Positions 38,748-46,884 of a stretch of 46,884 nucleotides of DNA are shown here, piece after piece. Position 1 is the stretch's first letter. Every line of letters begins with the position of its first letter. A program made the translations under genes and the position numbers. Under the pieces are notes generated by a model. It worked only from the letters and a program-made list of their open reading frames with translations, was not told where the DNA came from and searched no databases. This DNA is from a virus (Duplodnaviria > Caudoviricetes): IMG/VR virus record IMGVR_UViG_3300037424_002473, positions 1 to 46,884 of that record; one strand, written 5' to 3'.

Positions 38748-39167
38748 TTAGGTTTCCAGTTCAGCTATCTGATTATTTAGATACACCAATTTTGACTGTT
38801 TTTCAATTGAGAATGTTTTGGATTCTTTGATAACAAATTCTAAGAGTAATAATGACTTTTTATAATACAAGAGACAGTCATTTAATTTTCTTTGAGCGTA
38901 TAATAATTCTGCTTGAGCATAAAAAAGTTCTGATAGGATTTCTAAATGACCATTAGTATAGTTATGTTCCTGAATAAGATTATCTGTCAATTTTGTTATT
39001 GGAATATTATTAAAAAATGTTGAATCTTGCTTCAATATATCATAATAAGCATTATCAATAGATTGAGACGCTTTTTGGAAATCACCTTTTTTGATTAGCC
39101 CTAATATTCCAGCGACTAATTCTGCAAGCATCTCAATCATTCTTAATATAAAATCTCTTTGATACAT
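38748..39167 (-). CDS. helical protein (DUF6483-like)
   Basis: MYQRDFILRMIE N-terminus; TPR-like helices. Confidence 0.6.
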   Translation of the reverse strand: MYQRDFILRMIEMLAELVAGILGLIKKGDFQKASQSIDNAYYDILKQDSTFFNNIPITKLTDNLIQEHNYTNGHLEILSELFYAQAELLYAQRKLNDCLLYYKKSLLLLEFVIKESKTFSIEKQSKLVYLNNQIAELET

Positions 39168-39817
39168 TATACCATTTCGGAGTTTAGTTCTTCAATTGAG
39201 TTATTCAAATCTGCTATGATTCCAGAAAACCTTTTATTAAAGTAATATTTTCCAATAAAAGGTAATGAAATAAGATAGCCAATAGAGAAAATTAAAACAT
39301 AACCTTGGAGACTATTAATATTAAAATTTGATAAACCTGTCTTATCATTGATTAATATATTTGCAAAAACTGTTAAAATTGCTAATGAAGCATATGTTAT
39401 TACAGATTCCCTTGTTGATATTTTTTCAAATTTGGTTTTAACCTTTTTCAACGAATCGAGAATAGAAGATGTATTATAAGATAAATAGAGCAACTTTAGT
39501 TTAGAATTAATGCTTACAGCTTTAAGCGCATAATAACTTATTACTAATACTAAGAAAACATAACCTTGTATAGGTAAACTATGATTTTTGTTATTCAAAT
39601 AAAGTGTAGCAAAAATTGCAATAACAAGCACAAGAATAGCAGTTGCGATATTTGTTAAATAATCAAATCTTAGTTTTTTAGATAGTTTTTCGATTGTTTT
39701 ACTACTTTTTAACTTAATAATTCGCTCTATATTTTCTTTAGCAATACTTTTATCAATGAGATTTTCATTTGACAATGTTTGCCATATTTTTTTTAGTTCA
39801 TTTGTTTCCATTTTCAA
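39167..39817 (-). CDS. 4-TM membrane protein, probable anti-sigma factor
   Basis: ELKKIWQ N-terminus; overlaps the sigma gene. Confidence 0.7.
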   Translation of the reverse strand: MKMETNELKKIWQTLSNENLIDKSIAKENIERIIKLKSSKTIEKLSKKLRFDYLTNIATAILVLVIAIFATLYLNNKNHSLPIQGYVFLVLVISYYALKAVSINSKLKLLYLSYNTSSILDSLKKVKTKFEKISTRESVITYASLAILTVFANILINDKTGLSNFNINSLQGYVLIFSIGYLISLPFIGKYYFNKRFSGIIADLNNSIEELNSEMV

Positions 39818-40286
39818 TTGAGTTTAAAATTAATGACTTGATTCTATTTATTTTAACACCAGTGTTACTTTCTGAAATACCCATGATTTCAGCAATTTCT
39901 TTATAACTGAATTCATCGAGATACAGAGTTATTATAGCTTTATCAATTTCAGACAATGTATTAATAGTTTGATAAAGCTTTTCTTGGTTTTCGCTTAATT
40001 CACTTTTTGAATCGGAGATTGTTATGGAATCGTTATACTCATATTTTACAAATTCAGGTTGAGTCTTTTCTTTTCTAATTATATCAATTGCAGAATTTAA
40101 ACAAACTCGAAACATCCATGTTGAAAATTTTGACTGATTATTAAAACTTGGAAAAGCTTTCCATAATTGAATAATTAGTTCTTGTTTATAGTCTTGCTTA
40201 TCAGCACGATTATTAAAATACAAACTACAAATTTTGTGAACTATACCTTGATTTTGATATAATAACTCTGTAAATTCTTTTTCCAT
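39798..40286 (-). CDS. ECF sigma-70 factor
   Basis: QELIIQLWKAF..F, FSTWMFRVCLN, SYKEIAEIMG; start MEKEF preferred. Confidence 0.9.
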   Translation of the reverse strand: MEKEFTELLYQNQGIVHKICSLYFNNRADKQDYKQELIIQLWKAFPSFNNQSKFSTWMFRVCLNSAIDIIRKEKTQPEFVKYEYNDSITISDSKSELSENQEKLYQTINTLSEIDKAIITLYLDEFSYKEIAEIMGISESNTGVKINRIKSLILNSIENGNK

Positions 40287-40602
40287 AATACATTGATTCA
40301 ATTTTGCCCTATAAGACGAAAATAAAAAAGGATTTCTTACAAGATAGTTAAGTTTTTTATTATTTCGCAAATAAATTCAGTGGTTAGCATTGATACATTT
40401 GTTGGATTTCTTGTAGGAAACTAATAATCCCAACCTAATTACAAACACATTGGCAAACCTTTTCGGGTTTACCAAAAAGTTTGCAATCCAACCCAATTTT
40501 GCCGTAACCGGCAATAAAAAATCCCAACCCAAATACTAATTTTTTAGCATTTCATGGATTGGTTTTTAACCAAACTGACAAGCACGGTAACTTACGCCCA
40601 GC

Positions 40603-40736
40603 TTATAACACGTGTTCAAGTTCAACGCGGGGTTTGGTAGTTTGCTGACTAAGTTTTATCTTAGTAAAGTTGTTCAACGGGGGACAATGAAACAAGGCGG
40701 AAACCCCGCGCTAAACTTAACACGGGACCGTTATAA
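40603..40736 (+). repeat. attC-like site 4 (134 bp)
   Basis: TTATAAC ... GTTATAA; arms CGTGTT-C-AAGTT..CGCGGGG / CCCCGCG..AACTTAACACG. Confidence 0.8.
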
Positions 40737-41182
40737 ATAAGCCGCTAAAAATTCTGTAAATCAAATAATTCTGTTTTTTGTAACTATAAAGTCTAAGAGT
40801 CTTTTTTTGCATTCTGACAGCTTTTGTAATTTAGAAAGGAATTTGCTTTCTGATAATGAAAGTATAATTTATTCGTGCTATTTGATACTGAATTTAGCGA
40901 GAATGGCTCGGTAAGTATGATAGAAAATTGTTTTAGTTTTTCCAACGCGCTTGCGCTCGTTGAGCGCATTTGGTTTTTTTTAATAATTTCAAAAACACTA
41001 AAAGCCAATTTCATTAACATATTTTCTATTAATTATTGTATTTCAATAAAAACTTATTATTTTTACGCTACACTTCGAGAACGAAAAAATTGTGATTTGA
41101 AAGGTAGTATTAAATAACAAATTAGTACTGAATATTTTATGTCAGAAATATAGGTGCTTTAATTTTCATAAATTAATATTAA

Positions 41183-43450
41183 ATGATTATGATTAAAAAA
41201 TTCACTATTCTATTTTATCTCCTAGTTTTATCTTTTGGATTGTTTTCTCAAGTTAAGGATGAAGAAATAGTTTTAAAAGACCAAAAAGGAAAACCAAGTT
41301 TAATTAAGTTTAAAGATACTAAGGTAAATTCAGATGAATTTGCTGTTAAATCTTTTCTAAAAACACAATTTGAATTATCGGTTAATGATAATTACAAATC
41401 AGAAGAAACAATTATTGAACAAGAATTTAAATCCGAAAAGTTTCAGCAATATTACCGAGGTATGAAAGTTGAGTATGGTATATTAAAAGTAGTTTCAAGG
41501 AACAATAAATTGAAAACTATAAATGGAAGACATGTTGAAATTAAGGAGATAAATACCATTCCAAAATTGACCGAAGAGGAAGCGTTAAAAATTGCTTTAG
41601 ATCATGTTGGAGCGGAGCGATATATGTGGCAAGATGAATCTAACGAACAGTTACTTAAGTCGGACCTAAATGATCAAAATGCCACTTATTATCCTATAGG
41701 TGAACTAGTAATAATTGAAAAGGATTTATTTGGCAAAAACTCAATTCCTGTTCTTGCATATAAATTTGACATCTACGCATCTTACCCTGTTAGTCGAAAC
41801 TATATTTATGTCAATGCAAATGATGGTGAAGTTGTTTTTCAAAATCCTATAATAAAAAATGTACAAGGAACAGCGAATACAAGATACTCAGGACAAAGAG
41901 ATATTGAAACACAATTATCTTCAAGTCAATATAGATTGAGAGACTACTCAAGGGGGAATGGTGTGGAAACATTCAATATGAACAATGGAACAAGTTATAG
42001 CAATGTATCTGATTTTGTTGATAACAACAATGATTGGACAGCAGCAGAGTACCATAATACAGATAAAGATGATGCAGCCTTAGATGCTCATTGGGGAGCG
42101 GAAATGACATATGATTATTTTTGGGTAAAGCATAGAAGGAATAGCTATAATGGTAGCGGGGCTGCTTTAAAAAATTATGTACACGCAAATCTGGTTGCAA
42201 TGGGGTATTCTTCAAATGATAATGCATTTTGGGATGGTCAAAGAATGACATATGGAGACGGCAGTTGGTTATGTGATGCTTTAACTAGTATTGATGTTGT
42301 AGCACATGAAATTGGACATGGTGTTTGCTCTCAAACCGCAAATTTGGCATACCAAAAGGAATCAGGAGCGATAAATGAGGGTTTAAGCGATATATGGGGA
42401 GCTATGGTAGAGTATTATGCAGCACCAGAAAAACAAACCTATCTAATTGGTGAAGATATCATGCTCACTGGCAATGCTATACGTTCTATGTCAAATCCTA
42501 ACATGTATTCCCAACCTGATACATATGGTGGTACAAATTGGGTTAATCAGGATGGTTGTACAGCAACTAGATATAATGATTATTGTGGAGTTCATACTAA
42601 TGGTGGAGTTTTAAACCATTGGTTTTTCATTTTAGCCGAAGGGCATAGTGGTACTAATGATATTGGTAATAGTTTTAACATATCTGGCGTTGGAAAAGAT
42701 CGGGCTGCAAAGATTGTATATAGGGCAGAAAGTATGTATTTCACATCGACAACTGATTTTAACCAAGCAAGAGAACTGACTATTCAAGCAGCAGATGATT
42801 TATATGGAGACAATTCTGACGTAGTTTATCATGTCGCTTATGCTTGGTATGCTGTTGGAGTTGGTTCACAACCAAGTCCAGTTTCTCATTATATACAAGG
42901 TCCAACGCAGTTAACACCAGGCTATTCAGCAATGTATTATATTAATCCATATCTTAATGCTACTAATTATGTTTGGACTATACCTTCAGGTTGTTCATAT
43001 AACTATTGTTGGGATATTACTCGGGGACAAGGAACGAGCAGTATCAGAATAAAAGCAGGTAAAATAGGACAACACGAAATAACATGTAAAATATATAACG
43101 GCAGTCAATATGTAACTTCACAATACATAACTGTAAATGTTCAGAATCCTTATGGAGGTGGAGGAAGTGGAGGCGGAAGTAGTGACCCTTGTGATGGTAC
43201 TGATCCAGATGATATTTTAAAAATAATTAACGGGGTTATTTATCCACCAGAACCATGCGATGAAAATACTATCATGTATGAATCAAACAGTTTTGTTCAT
43301 ATAGCCGTATATAATTTGATGGGACAAAAATTGAAGGAATCATATAAAGAACAACAATTTGATATTAAAGACCTTTCTTTAGGGATTTATTTAATTAGAG
43401 CAGAATTGAATAATGGTAATGTAATAACAGAAAAAATATTTAATGAATAA
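41183..43450 (+). CDS. M4 (thermolysin-family) metallopeptidase with propeptide and T9SS C-terminal domain
   Basis: Signal peptide, NAFWDG, HEIGH, NEGLSD, GVHTNG; C-terminal VYNLMGQ..GIYLI..K. Confidence 0.9.
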   Translation: MIMIKKFTILFYLLVLSFGLFSQVKDEEIVLKDQKGKPSLIKFKDTKVNSDEFAVKSFLKTQFELSVNDNYKSEETIIEQEFKSEKFQQYYRGMKVEYGILKVVSRNNKLKTINGRHVEIKEINTIPKLTEEEALKIALDHVGAERYMWQDESNEQLLKSDLNDQNATYYPIGELVIIEKDLFGKNSIPVLAYKFDIYASYPVSRNYIYVNANDGEVVFQNPIIKNVQGTANTRYSGQRDIETQLSSSQYRLRDYSRGNGVETFNMNNGTSYSNVSDFVDNNNDWTAAEYHNTDKDDAALDAHWGAEMTYDYFWVKHRRNSYNGSGAALKNYVHANLVAMGYSSNDNAFWDGQRMTYGDGSWLCDALTSIDVVAHEIGHGVCSQTANLAYQKESGAINEGLSDIWGAMVEYYAAPEKQTYLIGEDIMLTGNAIRSMSNPNMYSQPDTYGGTNWVNQDGCTATRYNDYCGVHTNGGVLNHWFFILAEGHSGTNDIGNSFNISGVGKDRAAKIVYRAESMYFTSTTDFNQARELTIQAADDLYGDNSDVVYHVAYAWYAVGVGSQPSPVSHYIQGPTQLTPGYSAMYYINPYLNATNYVWTIPSGCSYNYCWDITRGQGTSSIRIKAGKIGQHEITCKIYNGSQYVTSQYITVNVQNPYGGGGSGGGSSDPCDGTDPDDILKIINGVIYPPEPCDENTIMYESNSFVHIAVYNLMGQKLKESYKEQQFDIKDLSLGIYLIRAELNNGNVITEKIFNE

Positions 43451-43796
43451 AACTATGAAAAAAGTAATCTTTTTTTTAGCAATAAGCCTAATTTTAATTA
43501 GTTGTGATGACGATGAGTCTATTGCATCATATCCAGAATGTTTAGAATTTAGGATACAACAAGTTTTGGATAGTCCGCCTCAAATTCCAAGAGCTACTAT
43601 TGAGAAATATACGTATAAAGGTGAAACTGTATATTTATTTAATTCATTTATTCCAGATGCACCACAAGTTGTTTATGATGATAGTTGTAATATAATTTGC
43701 GAGTTTGGTGGTCTAACAGGGAATTTAAATGATAGTTGTCCAGATTATTGGGAAACAGCTATTTATTTAGAAACTGTATGGAAAGATAATAGATAA
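43443..43796 (+). CDS. lipoprotein (DUF6970-like)
   Basis: LISC lipobox; YTYKGETVY..CNIICEFGG. Confidence 0.7.
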   Translation: MNKTMKKVIFFLAISLILISCDDDESIASYPECLEFRIQQVLDSPPQIPRATIEKYTYKGETVYLFNSFIPDAPQVVYDDSCNIICEFGGLTGNLNDSCPDYWETAIYLETVWKDNR

Positions 43797-43944
43797 AACA
43801 ATTATATGAATATTTGATATTGTTATTTTACAGAATTTTGATAACTTATATCAAAATATAAAAAAATGAGTTGCCAAATAAATAGTTTACTGTTTAATAT
43901 TTAATATTTAAGTGCAGTTTAAATAGTTACTTTACAAATAATAG

Positions 43945-43986
43945 AAAGCTCTTTTGCGTTTTGTTTATAATGCAAAGAGCTTTTTT
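43945..43986 (+). terminator. intrinsic terminator
   Basis: AAAGCTCTTTTGC ... GCAAAGAGCTTT followed by T-run. Confidence 0.7.
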
Positions 43987-44088
43987 ATTGCCTTACAGGC
44001 AATTTGCAATCCCTTTTAAAAACTAAAACAATTTTGTGCTTCGTTGAAAATTATTACCAAACTGACAAGGTTTATGTTGCCGGCCAAT

Positions 44089-44222
44089 TTATAACACGGC
44101 ATCTTAAAACATGCGGGGTTTTGGTGGTTTTTTGACATTTTTAATTATCTTTAAACTTTACAACGGCGGATTGGAACGCTGGGCGGAAAACCCGCACGTT
44201 TCAAATGCCGAGACCGTTAGGC
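44089..44222 (+). repeat. attC-like site 5 (134 bp)
   Basis: TTATAAC ... GTTAGGC; arms CGGCAT..AAACATGCGGG / CCCGCACGTTT..ATGCCG. Confidence 0.8.
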
Positions 44223-44247
44223 TCCATAGCAAAAAAATCGCAACACG

Positions 44248-45000
44248 ATGAAAAGTAAATACTTATTTTTTGGAATTTTAATCTTATTAATTAGTTGTCA
44301 AAATAGCAATTTAGATAAGTTTACAGGAACGTATGTTGGATTGCTTCCTTGTAAGATAAAAGTGAATAAATCGGATACTTTGTACGAACTTGACTTTAAT
44401 GACAGAGTAATGGTAATTCAAAATAAATCAAGAAAACCTATTTATGACAATTTCGAATTGACAGACCTTTACTACTTTAAAATAGAAATCTTAAATGACA
44501 CTATTTCTGACAATTTGATTGGTAAAATTGAATTTGATATTGAGAATTATTTAAATGTATATGCAGACACACTTGACAGTTCATTTTATTATGTGGGAGA
44601 ATACATTTACAATGAATCTTTTATCAATAACATTTCAATCCAAAACAATTCTTTGAATTTTGAAATTTCATTATTCAGTTATGGAGAAAAACAAAAAGAT
44701 ATTAAAGCTGGAATTCTATTTACAGAAAATGAAAAGTTATTAAATATTGACACAAGCTTTATTGGGAAACTGCATGACAATAATAATCCACTTTTTGACT
44801 ATACAAAATCTGATAGATACTTTTATAAGCTTGTTCATTCAGACAAGGAAATTCATGATTACAAATTGCTATTTTATCAGAAGCAACGTGATAAATTAAG
44901 AGAAAAATTAAAGTCAGTTCAGCTTGACAATTTTGAAAAAAAGAAAGTTGAAAATTCAATTAAATATTTGACAAACCTGATAGATTTGTATGAAGAATAA
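44248..45000 (+). CDS. lipoprotein of unknown function (cassette E, 44217-45140)
   Basis: LISC lipobox; cassette ends GTTAGGCTC / GAGCCTAAC. Confidence 0.75.
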   Translation: MKSKYLFFGILILLISCQNSNLDKFTGTYVGLLPCKIKVNKSDTLYELDFNDRVMVIQNKSRKPIYDNFELTDLYYFKIEILNDTISDNLIGKIEFDIENYLNVYADTLDSSFYYVGEYIYNESFINNISIQNNSLNFEISLFSYGEKQKDIKAGILFTENEKLLNIDTSFIGKLHDNNNPLFDYTKSDRYFYKLVHSDKEIHDYKLLFYQKQRDKLREKLKSVQLDNFEKKKVENSIKYLTNLIDLYEE

Positions 45001-45011
45001 ATGCTACGAGA

Positions 45012-45146
45012 GCCTAACATCGGGTCTTAAAGCATGCGGGGTATAGTAAAAGTTTGACAATAATTGTTATATTTGTTTCAGTGTCAACGGGTGACACTGA
45101 AACGCCGCGGCCTCCCGCACGCTGTTAAACCCGAAGACCGTTACAC
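45012..45146 (+). repeat. attC-like site 6 (135 bp)
   Basis: GCCTAAC ... GTTACAC; close relative of site 3. Confidence 0.8.
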
Positions 45147-45159
45147 ATAATTTTTTAAT

Positions 45160-45849
45160 ATGAAAATCGTAGTTAAAGCTTTCTATTTTTTAGTCGTAAT
45201 TATCTTGACATCTTGTTCTGAAAAGAAAGTGGAATATTTTGAGAATGGTAATGTTCATTTTATTGAAAGGTATAATTCGAATGGACAATTAAATGGAAAG
45301 GTAAAATACTTTCATGAAAATGGTAAAGCTGCTTTTGAATGTAAATATCAAGCTGGAAAAAGAATAGGTCATGCAAAGTGGTTTTATGAGAATGGAAATG
45401 TTAAATTAATTGAACCTTATGAAAGTGGTTTAATCAATGGAATGGTAGAAACCTTTTCAGAAAGCGGTTATTTGACTGGACAATCATTGTTTAAATTTGG
45501 TGAAAAAATAGAAACTTTTAAAATTGACTCATTAGGCAATAGAATAAAGACTTTTGCCAGAGTGCACAAAGATAGTATTCCTACTTTTGATAATTTCGTT
45601 TTTAATGCTATTCCTAATTCTGATTCAATTAGTATTAATGACACATTATTGCTAAATATTGAATCTGACGGAATAGTTCCATATCAAATTGTTCCAACAG
45701 CTACTAATGGACAGTTAATTTATGACTGGATTGGCTTTCAACATAAATATATTCCAAGAAGCAAAGGAGAAACCTATCTTATTGTGACACTAATTTTGAA
45801 TGACAGTACAAAAGTCTTTATTGGGAATAAGAAAATTAAAGTATATTAA
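45160..45849 (+). CDS. MORN-variant repeat (YwqK-like) lipoprotein (cassette F, 45141-45986)
   Basis: LTSC lipobox; YFENG/YFHENG/FYENG repeats; cassette ends GTTACACAT / ATGTGTAAC. Confidence 0.75.
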   Translation: MKIVVKAFYFLVVIILTSCSEKKVEYFENGNVHFIERYNSNGQLNGKVKYFHENGKAAFECKYQAGKRIGHAKWFYENGNVKLIEPYESGLINGMVETFSESGYLTGQSLFKFGEKIETFKIDSLGNRIKTFARVHKDSIPTFDNFVFNAIPNSDSISINDTLLLNIESDGIVPYQIVPTATNGQLIYDWIGFQHKYIPRSKGETYLIVTLILNDSTKVFIGNKKIKVY

Positions 45850-45857
45850 AAAACAAT

Positions 45858-45992
45858 GTGTAACATCGGGTCAGCGTACATGCGGGGTTTTGGTGGTTTG
45901 CTGACAAAATATTATCTTAGTAAAGTTGTTCAACGGGTGATAATGAAACGCGGCGCAAACCCGCACGATACGCTACCCGAAGAACGTTATAA
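45858..45992 (+). repeat. attC-like site 7 (135 bp)
   Basis: GTGTAAC ... GTTATAA; arms TCGGGT-C-AGCGTA..TGCGGG / CCCGCA..TACGCTACCCGA. Confidence 0.8.
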
Positions 45993-46006
45993 AGCCATTT
46001 TTTAAT

Positions 46007-46771
46007 ATGAAACACATGAAACAATATTTACTTTTATTTAGTTTAATACTGACGGTTTTTATTTCTGAGAAATCATTTGGTCAAGGTCAATATTCAATGA
46101 CTCATATTGCAATTGCACCTCAAAATAAGAAAATAATTCTTTCAGAAATCTGGAGAAATTCGCGTGAAGATTATCGTGGTTATGTTAAAAATTCAAAGTT
46201 ATATGAATTTCCTCTTGACTGTAACAATAGCAAAGATCTTATACTATGTGATAACTATGAATGGTCAAAAGATGGAAGGTTTTTCACTGGATTTAAATCA
46301 AAATCATGGTACGATTCAGAAATTTATCTTTATGAATCTACTGGAAAACTAATTGATAAAATCAAAAATGGTTATACATATTCATTTGTGCTTCCAGAAT
46401 TTCATGTTTTTTATCGACAGCATGATACTCTAAGTAAAAAACGAATTTGTCAATTAGTACAATATGACTATAAGAATAAGTCAGAAACTATAATATATTC
46501 GTTTGGAGAAGACTATACGTTTTATAGTCCAGAAGACCATGATGGATTTGGTTTTCCAAAACCACTTGATTATTACTGGGGTGGCTTAAGGGGTGTAATT
46601 TATAAAATTACTAAAACTGACCATGAAAACTTTACTGGAAATATTATGGAATATGAAACTTTAACATTTGTTATTTCAACAAAAGACAAAAAGCTTAAAT
46701 ATTTGATTCAAGGTTCTCATACTGACAAGAAACCATTACCAGAAGATAAAATATTAAAGTCGAGTAGGTAA
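46007..46771 (+). CDS. secreted hypothetical protein (cassette G), 3' end interrupted by intron
   Basis: Signal peptide; last codons and stop lie inside intron sequence. Confidence 0.65.
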   Translation: MKHMKQYLLLFSLILTVFISEKSFGQGQYSMTHIAIAPQNKKIILSEIWRNSREDYRGYVKNSKLYEFPLDCNNSKDLILCDNYEWSKDGRFFTGFKSKSWYDSEIYLYESTGKLIDKIKNGYTYSFVLPEFHVFYRQHDTLSKKRICQLVQYDYKNKSETIIYSFGEDYTFYSPEDHDGFGFPKPLDYYWGGLRGVIYKITKTDHENFTGNIMEYETLTFVISTKDKKLKYLIQGSHTDKKPLPEDKILKSSR

Positions 46772-46884
46772 AGGGGAGTTTCACCCCTAAACCTCTCACG
46801 GAACCGTGCTTGACAGTCTCCCATCACACGGCTCTTCGAACTCTCGCAACCATCTCAGGTTGACAGGTTGAAAACAAGCTCATC
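46759..46884 (-). mobile_element. group II intron 3' end (domains V-VI), continues beyond the window
   Basis: Minus strand GAGCCGTGTGATGGGAGACTGTCAAGCACGGTTC (DV), then DVI ending CCTACTCGAC. Confidence 0.85.

Larger units (their letters stand above)
38430..40730 (+). mobile_element. gene cassette C (reverse-oriented ECF sigma operon)
   Basis: GTTATAAGCAAGGCGT vs ACGCCCAGCTTATAAC (14/16 complementary). Confidence 0.75.
40731..44216 (+). mobile_element. gene cassette D (secreted protease + lipoprotein)
   Basis: GTTATAAATAAGCCG vs CGGCCAATTTATAAC (13/15 complementary). Confidence 0.75.

Noticed and set aside
40428-40535. Three CCAACC(C/T)AA motifs upstream of the sigma gene
   Set aside because: Short and irregularly spaced; cannot be distinguished from chance or assigned a role
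40793-41117. Short ORFs 40793-41020 and 40875-41117
   Set aside because: They lie in the conserved non-coding leader and are not preserved in the homologous leader of cassette C
76-45992. 134-bp repeats as a CRISPR array or REP elements
   Set aside because: Too long, separated by whole genes, no cas genes; cassette-specific end complementarity fits attC-type sites

Overview
AT-rich Bacteroidota DNA (TAnnTTTG-type promoters, a T9SS C-terminal domain, lipoproteins) with three nested layers. (1) An integron-like gene-cassette array: seven 134-135 bp attC-like imperfect palindromes (..TAAC to GTT..) delimit cassettes, and each complete cassette's first bases are the reverse complement of its last bases. 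No integrase is in the window. Each repeat carries a promoter-like motif at a near-fixed offset, and two multi-gene cassettes share homologous non-coding 5' and 3' arms around unrelated cargo. (2) One cassette carries a RiPP-like operon (double-glycine Cys-rich precursor, radical SAM/SPASM enzyme, nucleotidyltransferase, small unknown protein) and is split by an apparently complete ~34 kb Mu-like transposable prophage with a contractile tail (~1.4-35.4 kb). The prophage contains several candidate structured RNAs and frameshift signals. (3) The 3' end of a group II intron interrupts the last cassette. All product calls come from motif recognition and gene order by eye; no database searches were run.
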